From contig JALDTO010000206.1 of NCBI GenBank assembly GCA_023515725.1, positions 268,189 through 332,188 on the forward strand: a stretch of DNA of 64,000 nt, read 5' to 3'. How positions within the stretch are numbered: position 1 is the first letter of the stretch; each line of letters opens with the position of its first letter. This DNA comes from Amoeboaphelidium protococcarum X5 (taxonomy: Eukaryota > Fungi > Aphelidiomycota). The notes beneath the pieces are model-generated. The model worked only from the letters and a program-made list of their open reading frames with translations, did not search any database and was not told the DNA's origin. The position numbers were made by a program, and so were the translations under genes. Shown here in pieces: positions 50,581 through 62,344 of this stretch.

Positions 50581-52836
50581 TCAGTTGATTTCATCACTAA
50601 ATATTTCAAGTGCGTCTTGTTTTAAATATCTTCTATTGCACAATGATCCAGTTTAACACCAAATATACCAAAGTTTCATTCCAAATAATCACTCTATAGG
50701 AACATAGTCGTCATAGGCACTGATCTATTTTGTGAGATGCAGATTGCAGAAGCCACTTTACGCGCGCTCTACTTCAGCCGAGCAGTTAAACTATTACCGA
50801 GTTGATGAGTCAATTTCTTGATACAATTAGTGCCTTGATGGAAGATATCCAAGTCTAGTACCTTATTCTTACTCTTTAGACTCATACCGATGTATTATGA
50901 AAGCTTCAGGCAAGACGACATATCGAAATCCACGAACATGCAACTACAATGCAAGCATTAACTTATTTCTACCTCTATCCACAAACCGTTCATCAAACAT
51001 GACAAAGTCCTTCACTTGACTTTTTCGCAAAATCAAATACGGCTCATACCACTCTTCCCACTGAATGTAATATGGTGACGTCGCATTCCACCACCTAGCA
51101 GTATTAGTGGCACGATGCCCTTTCCCCTTTACATGGAAAGGCGTCACTATTAGTTAGTCATTCATCTACCGCAGTTGTTCCTTATCGAGATGCATCATAC
51201 TCCACTGGCACTTATTCGTTGCAAACAGCCAATCCATATCAGTCGTACGATTCGATCTTTCAGTTACATCTTTGAGACAGGTCGGTTAACGCACATATTC
51301 AAAGGCATGTACAACATAGACATGATTGTTAAGACTTCCAGACCGGATATGACTAGCGTGCTTGTAATGTGTCAGATGCTGATACAGTTAATCACTAAGC
51401 ATAAAGTCTGCATCACTAATAAATATCAAATCTGAAGGAGCATACTTGGCAGCAAGATTTCGCAAATAATTTATTGGATATGGATGCGACTGCTTCTAAA
51501 CTACCAAATGAATTGAAACTCTATTCCACGGAATGTTGGCAAGCAATATCTGGCGTATAGATTACGGCCAACTATCCTCCCCAGATATCCATAACGCAAC
51601 GCTTATAGGACCCGTCCATTCGCTGCATAACTCAATCAATCGCTCCAGTCGGTTAATACTTATTTAAGTGACCAGAGTAACTTCATTCTCCGAATTAATT
51701 ACAGACTCGTGGTAAGATTATCGATAGAGCTGCACAAGATATTGAGGCCCAAAATGAGGAACTACATGGACGCATAGTTTATTAAGAGAGTACTCTTTAG
51801 TTGGAGCAACTGTGAAGCACTGCTATTCACCGATAATTTCAAAATCACTTTATGTCAACTCATCATACAGCAACACGGTCCTCCAGAGTCTGTTCAAACT
51901 TTCATAATCTGACGGAGAATCGAGTAAATCTTTTTCTTGATGCAACTGCCACTAATCCACAACATCATACCATGGCTTCTGTCTTACAAAGTGAAGTCCA
52001 AAAATTGATTCCATTGGAGGCATTCTTGATCTATTGTACTTGGCCATCATTTTGTTTACATTATACTCTAACGGAAGCACTTTAGTAATAATAGATGAAG
52101 TGTTACTGTGTTACTGAAGAGACTACAGATAAGCATTTATAAATCCTTGGTCACCACCATTGTAGGAAGAGAGGGAGCGAAACATGCCGACCATCTGATT
52201 GAAAGTATTCAGAGATGGCTTAATTACCATGAGTCCTGTATTAAAAGTTTACGACAGACTAATGTTATTAGCTTGATACTAAAACTTTGAGAATGGAGAC
52301 TCATAATTCAATACAGCAGCAAATTCAGCTGATGACTTGAACAAATGATCCACATTCTAAAGTATGAGCATATCACTGTCCAGCACAACAATTCGGTCAT
52401 ATTTGACCAATTACCAGGCGCGTAATTTAGCAAAGTTATGTAACTACCTGCTACTCACCATTGCATCAATATATGGATTGTCGATATAGTCGACTTTTAG
52501 GACGTGAACATTTAACTAACATAGAACATCCAGCGACTCCGGGTGCAGATGATCAAGAATAAGAACCACAATATCATACCTGGTCCTGGTAAGTTGTAGA
52601 GATTTTATGAGTGCCACAGCACCAGGCAGGAATAGTTCCGAAGAAAGTAGAGTCACATATGCATATTAGGAATAAGTTTCAAGACTGCGAGTAATTTAAA
52701 TTCTGGCAGTGGTGGATGACTTGAAAGACAAAACCATCAGCAGAGGAAGCAACAGGAAAACGATGACCATTAGACTCAGCATAAAATATTGACGATGCAA
52801 CAAGGACGCTTAGTATTTGCGCACCTTATCCCTCAT
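50581..52836 (-). CDS. Bifunctional type II glycosyltransferase: glycogenin-like GT8 plus LARGE-like GT49 (751 aa)
   Basis: TM; YAYVTLL, FAKLRAW, LDSDML, FNTGLMVIKP, GGDQGF, HFVRQKPW; then VTLVTQ, WTGPISVA, YPINYLRN, SDADF, VPAFE, YEPY, FDERF..RGRNK. Confidence 0.88.
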
Positions 52837-53663
52837 TACTTTAACAGCTAAATTATAAGATTTTTAACCACTTCAGAACCGAATAATATAATTGTATTGA
52901 ACTGAAACAATAATCCAGAGAGTCAAAAGATATACCGGTAATAGTAATAATAATGCTAAGCGGACTACTAATAACAGAATTGAGAAAGACGACAAAGAGT
53001 TGAAACAGCTAACCGTTTGGTGAAGACTTAATCATTTATTCATTCAACGTCAACATCGCCTAACACAAACTGCTCTGAAACATACAGCGTTGGTGCGTCA
53101 CTTCTTCAATGGCGTTAATTACACTGTTGATGTCACGCGTTCTACTCTTTCCGCTGTAGATATTGTCTCGACATAATTTGAAACTCAATGTAACACAAAT
53201 GGATGCGACCGAAAATGTTCATTGAATGTCGTTTTATTTTACCATTTGATTGTTGTTTTTCATAAACTAAGCGAATCTGAATGCATTCATCGTTGATCTA
53301 CCAGATGCTATCAAATACGACAAGCTTTACGGTAGCTCGATGACGTTGAACATATTCTTGATGAATGTTCAGTTGATAAATAGAGATTGTATTTCATCAG
53401 AGAAGTAAATAAGCAGCCAAAATACCACCAACTGTAAGTACTGGATATAATATAACGTTAGACGAACGGGTCACATTTCAGAACTTTTGATCTTCATCTG
53501 TCTGATGGCAACGCAGCAACGGACGACGATCTTGAATTGTTTCAGCTGCCGAAACTTGTTTCTAGTTTGTTTCACTTTTTCCTTTTGTTTCTGAAAATAT
53601 CAAATCTAAACAATTTAAACAACTACAGAATCGATTAGAGTATCCGTATACAAGGAAATAATC

Positions 53664-55952
53664 ATGAGCAAATAGTTTGATGTCAAGCAGATGACTAAAT
53701 CTATGAATGCGTTGAATAGTACTAAAAACAGTCACAAGGTTTATGGTTTCGATAATGACAATGATGGAGATGTAGATGGACATGACAGCGGTGGTCAGTT
53801 TTTGACTTTGCCATCTCAGAAGAAGAGTCGAAAACCTGGTATTGCTTCTGATACAGCATTGACCACGGCAGTATATAGAGAAATGATTTTGAGTAGTTAT
53901 CAGAAGAAGTAGAAGCATTATCAGTCTGCTCCTCGAACGTTCACTTATGACAAGCTGGTTCAGGTGAGAATCGATGGTGGTCCAACCAGTTCCCCTCAAT
54001 CGGAAGCCATGAAACAATTGTTGCGTAACAAGTTGAAAATATCAAGCGGTGGATCGAATGCGCATAAAGTTGCTTCTTCTAGTAATAGTGGGAGTATAAA
54101 TAGTTAAACTAGTGAAGCTGGCCGCATCCCTGATCGTTATGTCACCACCAGTTACACTGATAGTCTGGATCAGATTTTAAAGTAGTCTGCTGCTGCTACT
54201 GGAGCTGCTGTAGCCGCCGCGAAACCTTAGTAGGAGCCCAATAATCGTCAACTAAATGCTCAGCATCGTCTTAGTATTTTGAACGAAGAGTCTGGGAATT
54301 AATCATTGTCTCGTCCTGTATCTAGATTCTAGCCTGACGATCTTGATGACCATATACCTAATGCTACCGTTAATGGTGACTAAGGTCGGGCATATGATTA
54401 TTAGCAATTTAATGATATGCCAAGCGTTCTTGATGATAATTAATTTATTTAGTACACTTCTCAAGACCTACAGTACGAGCCTAGGTAGAAAGCCCCAAAG
54501 GTAATTGGAAGATATGTTATGGGTGATGTGCTTGGTGAAGGCTCCTATGGAAAGGTCAAAGAGGGCTATTGTATAGAAACATTGCGGCGTACTGCCGTCA
54601 AGATCATGAAGTAGGCGAGGCTGAAGAAGATTCCCAACGGTGAGTTAAATGTGCGGCGTGAGATCAATGTCTTGAAAAGATTGAGACACAAGAATGTCGT
54701 TGAGTTGATGGATGTTATCGTGAAGAAGGAGAAGCAGAAGATTTACGTTGTATTCGAGTATTGTGCCACAACTCTGTCTGAGATTATTGGACGATCGTTG
54801 GATGGCAAGTTACCATTGAGTCAGAGTTAACGTTATTTCAAGCAGATGATGAAAGGTTTGAGGTATTTGCATGCCAACTCTGTCATTCATAGAGACATTA
54901 AGCCCGGAAATCTACTGGTGACCATTGATGATACTATCAAGATTTCAGACTTTGGAGTGGCAGAAGAAGTTTCCCGTTACAGTCCGAATGATAATCTCAC
55001 CACAAGTTCTGGATCACCAGCATTTTAACCACCAGAAGTTGCACTTGGTAAAGATAGTTTCTCTGGCTCCAAGGTTGATATATGGGCAGCTGGAGTCACT
55101 TTGTACCATATCGTGAGTGGTAAATATCCATTTGATGGTGATTCTATATATCAATTGTTTGAGAACATTGGCCGTTGTGAGTACATTATGCCAGAGGAAG
55201 CAGATGAAATTCTATCTGATCTAATTCGCAATATTCTGTGCATAGACCCCGATTGCAGATTTGGTGTCGATCAAATACTTTCTCACCCGTGGACTTGTAA
55301 TAAGCTGAAGAAGTCTTAGAATGAAGTTCCAGTTATCCCATTTTAAAGAAGTGATGACTTGTCGCTGAATTAGGATAGTCATTAGCAATCAAGATTAATG
55401 TCAAAGAATACAATACCTGAAGAAGAAGATGAGGATTCAACTGGAGCTGTGGGACGTTCCTCTGGAAATATAATTGCTTCACCATCTCAGGCTACTAAAT
55501 TCAGTAAATCGTCTACTGGAAAGTCGCAGTATAGAAGTGGAGAGATTAGCAATCCAGGTTTTGCGTATGATACCACCCTTATTCCGTATTTGGAGTAGAT
55601 GTTTGAAGACATGCCTCACAAGTTTAGAAGAAGTTCCGTAGTGGAATTGGCCAAGCGTGAGAGAAAGCCGGTTCCATCTAAATAGATTGAGAAAGCGCCG
55701 ATTGCTGAACGTTTCCTTAGACGGCTGTCGAGATAGCACTCTGCCAACAGCGGTAATAGCTTTGGTAGTACTAATACTGGCGGTAGTGAGCAGGCTCCTG
55801 TAGCTAACAGTAACAGTAACAATGTAGCTGCGAAAATGTTGCAGGGTAATAGCCACAAGAGACAATCTAGTGGATTTAGTATTATTGGACGCTCAAAGCC
55901 TCCCAATTTCATGGCGAGAGAAGATGGCGATAAGACTTGTAAAATGCAATAA
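53664..55952 (+). CDS. STK11: LKB1/STK11-type Ser/Thr kinase (end drawn at TAA after CaaX; first TGA is at 56106-56108)
   Basis: [55 protein letters not shown]-terminal CKMQ. Confidence 0.9.
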
Positions 55953-55994
55953 ACACCCTATACTATCTTGTTTATAATACGATCTATTTCAGTT

Positions 55995-58397
55995 TCATTT
56001 ACTCAATTGCTAGTGGATTCTCTCATAGTTCTCCAGATCCTTCACAGAGACGGATGGTCGCACAGATTAAAATGCTCTCACAAAATCTTGCATGCACACT
56101 GTTATTGAGGAGGACAATTCCTTATCAACAGTGGAGTGTCCATTATCGAACATTGTGAGGGCCTTCTTAAGCGCATTAAATCCAGCTTCTCTCAATAAAG
56201 CACTCAGATCAGCACCACTAAATCTATCACACTCTTTCATGGCCGCTATAGCTTTAAGGTCCACATCATCATGGAATGGAATGCTTTTGGATAGAGTTCG
56301 CAGGATATCAGCGCGTTCATCAACCGAAGGAAGACCGACGTAGAGCAATTTATCAAATCTGCCCGGTCTAAGAATGGCTCTATCCAAAATGTCTGGTCGA
56401 TTACTAGCCGCAATTATATAGACGTCTTTCCTCTCCTCCAGGCCATCCATCTCTGTCAATAACTAATTAACAATACGCTCAGATGTCTAAGAATCAGAAC
56501 CGGTACCTCTACGAGGACACAGCGCATCCAGTTCATCGAAGAATATGATGCAAGGTGACGATTGGCGAGCTCTTGCAAACACCTACCTAATACCTTTCTC
56601 ACTCTCACCCACGTACTTGTTCAAAAGCTCTGGTCCTTTCACAGATATGAAATTACAATGACTCTCATTGGCGACAGCCTTGGCCAGCAGAGTCTTACCA
56701 TTGCCAGGACAGCCGTACAACAACACGCCTCCCGATCTTTTGATACCGACGCGTTTGAACAGCTCTGGGTGTTTAATGGGCTCAATTACACTCAGCCTCA
56801 ATTCCTGGCGAACGTGTGACAGAGCTCCAATATCTCCCCAAGTCACATCTGGCACAGTGGCAAATCCTTCACGCTTAGAAGATGGTTATACTGTCTTTAG
56901 AGCCTATTAAAAATCGTTCATTTCAATATATAATGTCTCCAACACATCTTGCTACAACTGTTCTCTATTCTCAGTTAGGAACTTGTACAAATGTTAAGTG
57001 TCAATGTCTGGATTATGGAATTGCATCTATAACTACGTATGATGATCAGTCTGCATATCGTCTCCAGATTTTTCAGGATTATTAGTACTACCGAGTCTGA
57101 TGTATATTCTCTTGGCAGCGTTCATTCCAGCAGCTGTGCACAAAGACTTTAAATCAGCTCCGACGTAACCGGGAGTGTTGAGAGCCAACCAATTAAGATC
57201 AACTTCCGATCCAAGACGTAGCCGTGAGCACATTATCTCCAATATCTCACGCCTAGCATCTTTATCAGGTACGCCAATACAAATTTCTCTATCAAATCTA
57301 CCATTTCTACGCAGCGATGGATCAAGCGATTCTACTCTGTTAGTTGCACCAATCACTATGACCGGCTTATCACTCAACTCCTCCTAATACAACTCATCCA
57401 TACAGCTAATTAATTATGCCACTATACGTCGCTCCATCTCTCTCTGAGCATTCTCACGTTTAGGTGTGATGGCATCGATTTCATCAATAAATATTAGACA
57501 CGGCGCTATGCTCTTGGCATGGTGGAATATATCTCTAATCTTCTTCTCAGACTCTCCGCTCATTCCACTAACTATAGACGGAGCATTGATCTGAATAAAC
57601 GGAAGTCCGCTCTCACCTGCAATAGCATAGGCCAGCTTCGTCTTACCTACACCACCAACACCATGTAGAAGGATACCGCGCGGAAATTCAACATTCAAGT
57701 GGCGATACACTTCAGGATGTAGAAGTGGAGCTTCGATGAGTTCGCGAATCTACTAGATTATATGCCGGATCCCGCCCATATCAGAATATCTATCTGCTGG
57801 AGGATCTAACACTGGAATAGTGTCTTGTTTATCAGCAGATGATTTGTCACTCTAGATCTTGATCTTTTTTCTAACGCGCTACTACGTGTTCTCTACAATT
57901 ACTGGTACACTTTGAGCTTAGTCGCCGCTAACAGCTACTACAGATTAAGAAGTTGCTTTTTAATAGCTCTCTACGATTTACTAATTTAAAGATTTAGTGG
58001 CAACAGCAGATTATGATGAACTACCATTTTATAACTATGCTTCACTCTCCATCTCATAAAGCGGCTCATCCCAACAAGCTTCATTTAAATGTTCAGTCTC
58101 GCTATCACTATTACCGCTGTCTTCAATGGCCTATTACTGAGATACTTTAAGCAATTTGATGGCATCTGAGACAATGTTCACCAGTTAAGCGCGCTTCATA
58201 CGTTTGATGACACCAATATCAGCAGATGTTAGTGATGAAGACATGGATACTGATAAAGATTCGCGAAGATAATCAGTCATGAATTACGCATCTGACCATA
58301 GCACTTAATCTTCCCCAGTAGACACTGATTTATATTGCTCAATCAGAGGAATGACGCGTCTAATTATCGACGAACTCAGTCCAGACTTTCTCTTCAT
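55995..58397 (-). CDS. RIX7: AAA+ ATPase Rix7/NVL (800 aa)
   Basis: Two AAA modules; [38 protein letters not shown]. Confidence 0.94.
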
Positions 58398-58604
58398 ATT
58401 CTATTTTGACTATCTAGTAGATGTACCCGCAAGGCTTTTGCAAAAGATATTTTTACTAAAATGCTCTTTATTATCAGCCAAAAACCTGAACTGAATAATT
58501 TGAATATTTTTCTCGCGCGCGCTTCTCTTTAAACTTCACACGTCTAGAGCAGAGAGTTAGAGAGAGAGAGAGATTCCTTAAGATCGCTCTCTTTTTCCCT
58601 CGCC

Positions 58605-59175
58605 TGTTACGGGTTGTAATGTCATTGCAGACACTGTTAATATTAATTATGAAAATTGTACTTAAGAAATGAAAGTTTGGAAACTTTGCTGGATGACCAA
58701 GTGCCGACTTGACTCTGAGCATAGATGGCACTGCATTCCATGTACTGGCTGCTAACTGCACAGATGATAGATGAAGCACTGCAAAAGTTTGGATCATGTG
58801 GCTGTTATCATCGATACTGAGAGAACATTCTTCTTTACGATCATCGAGCCTATATAAATTATACCTATTCGTCTTGTCCTTTGGTCTCCTGAACCTTGTC
58901 TGGTTGTCTTCTGGTTGTTGCAACATATTACTAATTACTTGCTGCAGCACAACACTTAACACGATCATGAGCTATCAACGATATCGGACTCCAGATGGAG
59001 TGAACGCAAGGATGCTGATTGTCTTGCATTAGTTACTGGCTGAAAACTAAAGTTTGCGTAATAACTTTGGTCTGATGGGTGTCGTCCACAAGTTCCGAAG
59101 CCGAAGCTGGTCATGCTTGACAAGTATGCTGGGAATAGGGAGTTATATCGCGGATTTGTCAATCAGCTATCCGTC
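58605..59175 (+). mobile_element. Putative LTR (58605-58961) plus Ty3/Gypsy gag fragment
   Basis: TGTTA...TAACA termini with internal TATATAAA, followed by PKLVMLDKYAGNRELYRGFVNQL, typical of fungal Ty3 gag; no second LTR seen. Confidence 0.5.
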
Positions 59176-59199
59176 TTACACTACTATACTATTGCTGCT

Positions 59200-60300
59200 A
59201 TTTCGCTGGCACTGAACTCTAACCTGCGCAATCTTTCTGGTGTTTACTTCAATGCATCCCTCGGCTCCTTTATCTGCCTGGATCACGGATATGCTGTCAA
59301 ACGTGCTTCCGTTGTCAATCATATGAGAACATATCATGGTGTCACTGTTACTTTGGAGGATCTGATGGGCTTCTTTCAAGTGAATGATTCTGATTTTACT
59401 GATACATTTGGTTTGGCCCGAATGATCAACCTGTTGCTCCCTACCTTGGATTGCAGATAATGAACAAGGTGTACTGCTCGGAGTGTAGTCGGATTGTTTG
59501 CAAAGACTCTGCTCGAAAAGACCATCAATAACATCAAAGGTCTCAAGTACACGTTTAGTCTGCATATACCACCCCGTCGAACGTGTCACATTTTTGTGTT
59601 ATTGTTGATAATCCTGAAGAAAATGCTGCTGCTTCAGACTGCGCTATCAGTCGTTTTATATCTGATTTGCTGCCTGGTCCTGGTTCTGGTTTGGCTGCTC
59701 CACTGTCCGCTACCTCTGCTGATGACCCTGAGATGGTGTCCTTCGAGTCTAAGATGAGCCTGGCGCACTTTGCCGCTAAGGATGTTGAATATCTCAAGGC
59801 TATCGATGTCGCTGTGTAAAATTTGTAGCCTGCTAAAAATGCTCATCTGCTTCTTGTTATCGCTTATCTCCAGACTACGATGGGTGATATTCCTTCAATG
59901 AACTATCGCCGTAGACAAAGAGTAATGCCAATTGATAGCGTTGTAGGCCTGAAGTAATTGGCTGATGCGTCTACTCTGAAACGCTATAGTAATCAGTTCC
60001 TCAGTTTCCTACACTTTGTATTAGCTGATTCTTATGCTGCAGCTGGCGAATATTAAATGGCGATTAATGAGAATATAATCAATGATGTGGTTTAGAAGGT
60101 GGTCCTATATAAACTTGATCTGGTTAATAATAACTTTGGTCTGCTTTGATATGTGGTGGTACAAGGTCAGGATGGTCGTTAGCGTTTTGGTGGGGCAGCT
60201 CTGATATTTATACGGAGAGGACTCTAAGTTTTCCTCTTTATTTGAATTCTGGCTATGAGATTTTGCTGGTTGGAACCCATCTACTGTCTTTACAGATGTT
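59200..60300 (+). pseudogene. Degenerate OrsD/DUF3505-like C2H2 protein fragment
   Basis: FICLDHGYAV...VVNHMRTYHG followed by a CxxC-like segment; frameshifts and TGAs. Confidence 0.4.
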
Positions 60301-60399
60301 GATTTAGCTCTTGCTTATATAGTAGACTCTATATCTGGAGTAAATCACTATCTATGTTTGTTCCATTTAAGGTAGAATCTGGCTCGTCATTGTCGCAAG

Positions 60400-62130
60400 C
60401 TAGTTGCAAACTATGATGCATTCGAGCATGAGTTCATCCGTTTGTCACATATTTTGAGATGTAAACCAATTCCGTCGTTAATGGGAGCAATTTCTTTCTG
60501 ATTATCCGCAATGCTCTGCATATCTAAAACGCGTATTGGGTGGACCTAATTTGAATAAATGGTCTAAATGGGCGAGTGAGCTCGGCTTTCACGTTAGATT
60601 TGACGAGTACCTCTTGGGCAGAGAGTCTCAATTTTATCTAGATTACTTAATGCAAAAAGTAGAGTCACTAAAGTTATAACAGAGATTACATCCCACTAAT
60701 TAAAGTTCAATTATGAGCATTCATCTGTTTGGCGCTAAAACGATGAGAGAAAAACTAAGCAATCTTAAATAGATACTTTAGTAGGTTTGGAGAGCCATTC
60801 TCAAAGAGACATTTTCGATTTGTATACCAATTTTGCGCTAAATTTGGTTCTGGTTCAAATGGGAGATGCTGCTATGTTCTATCGCTCTGTGGCTCCTCGT
60901 GGTAATTAAGAGAGTTTAGTTTCACCATCCGAAGTTTCTCTGTCTGATGTCTAGGACGACATCTATAGTGGTCATTTTGACGATGATGAGTTCTGTAATC
61001 TACCGAGGTATCAAATGTTGAGTCCATTATATCTATCGCTCATAGCGTTTGTGGTAAAATTAACACCATCTCTGTGTATGATGATGGTACTTATATATGC
61101 ACCTGTCGCTATGAGATCAACAAAAGATTTTTACCATGTCGGCACGTGTTAACTGATTTGGGAGACAATGTACCATATTAAGAAGCAATTGGAGCTCTCT
61201 TGGCGGATTTTTCTTGTATGCTTCCACTCATAGCAGACCTGATATATCTTTTATTGTAGGAAGGCTCCCATCTTTTATGTCTTCACCTAAGTAACATCAC
61301 TTGAATGAAGTCAAGAGAGTGTTCTAATACTTGAGATCTACGATGGATTTCTGCATATAATTTCGAAGATCAGTAGAAGTGCCATAGTATGATGGAGTAA
61401 ACTGCTCAGTGGTTGAAATTGAGGGGGTTTCAGATTCAGTTTTGCTCAAGATACTTATATTAGAAAGTCTATAGCTGGATCAGTGTTCAAAAACTTAAGC
61501 GTAGCTGTTAATAGGTAGGCCAAGAAGTTTCCAACAGTTGCAAAATCTACCATTGATGCTGAGTATAATGCCTTATCTAACTGTACGAGTGAAGCACTGT
61601 TTTTCCGGAACTTTGTTTATGAAATCTCTTGGGGATGGTTCCGTACAAGGGAAAGTGTTGAAGATAATAGACCAATCCGGTACATTCCGTGTCACTAAAT
61701 GGTGTGAAGTAAAGGGGTGTAACTTCACAGAAGGCTAATGGCGCTCTAAAAGGGTAACTATCCATAAGTAAACTGCGTCAAAGTTTGGTCTTGCTAATGA
61801 TTTCTATGTGAAGTTTGAATACTAAACTCAAGCATACGTTGAAGATCTCTATTATATTCTGCAAGTGTCTCTGAAAGCAGACTGGCTGACAAAGCAGCTG
61901 AAAGTCGCCAATCCACATACTGAATAAATCAGCATTGAAGATTGGTGTACGTTTAGACAGAGAAATTACTAAAGATGAGTACTCACGGCTAATCTCAATA
62001 TCACTAAGGCTATGAGTTAATACGACAGCAAATCTGATACTAGGCAATCAAGTTCAAGTGAACTGGTGTTATAGTGGATTGGATCTATGAAGAAGGCCTT
62101 ATCCTTGAAGTTATGATATAGATATGTGAC
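60400..62130 (+). mobile_element. Decayed SWIM-finger (MULE-like) transposon remnant
   Basis: CTCRYEINKRFLPCRHVL near 61098-61151 matches SWIM CxCxnCxH; the surrounding frames are broken. Confidence 0.4.
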
Positions 62131-62344
62131 ATATAAATTGAAACTGTATCAAATATAATGCCTCGTAGTAAGTAGTTAGTAAAACCATTGTGACGCGAGA
62201 CGCGACTTCCCCCTTTCAACAGCTTGAGAATTGCGCGCGCGATCTTTTCCTCTCTTCTCTTCCATTGAGCTTTCTCTCGTATCTTCTCATACTAACTCTT
62301 ATCTTAGTATTGCGGTTTAATATATATCCCTAAAATTAATAAAT

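Noticed and set aside
53190-53560. Small spliced gene upstream of LKB1
   Set aside because: No consistent start, exon and stop model could be built
4437-58397. Mass pseudogenisation suggested by fragmented ORFs
   Set aside because: The breaks are in-frame TAA/TAG at Gln positions of essential genes, with no frameshifts; code reassignment explains them
770-62240. ACGCGT/CGCG and GA-rich motifs upstream of many genes as MCB-like promoter elements
   Set aside because: Plausible, but ACGCGT also occurs often inside CDSs and enrichment cannot be established without counting
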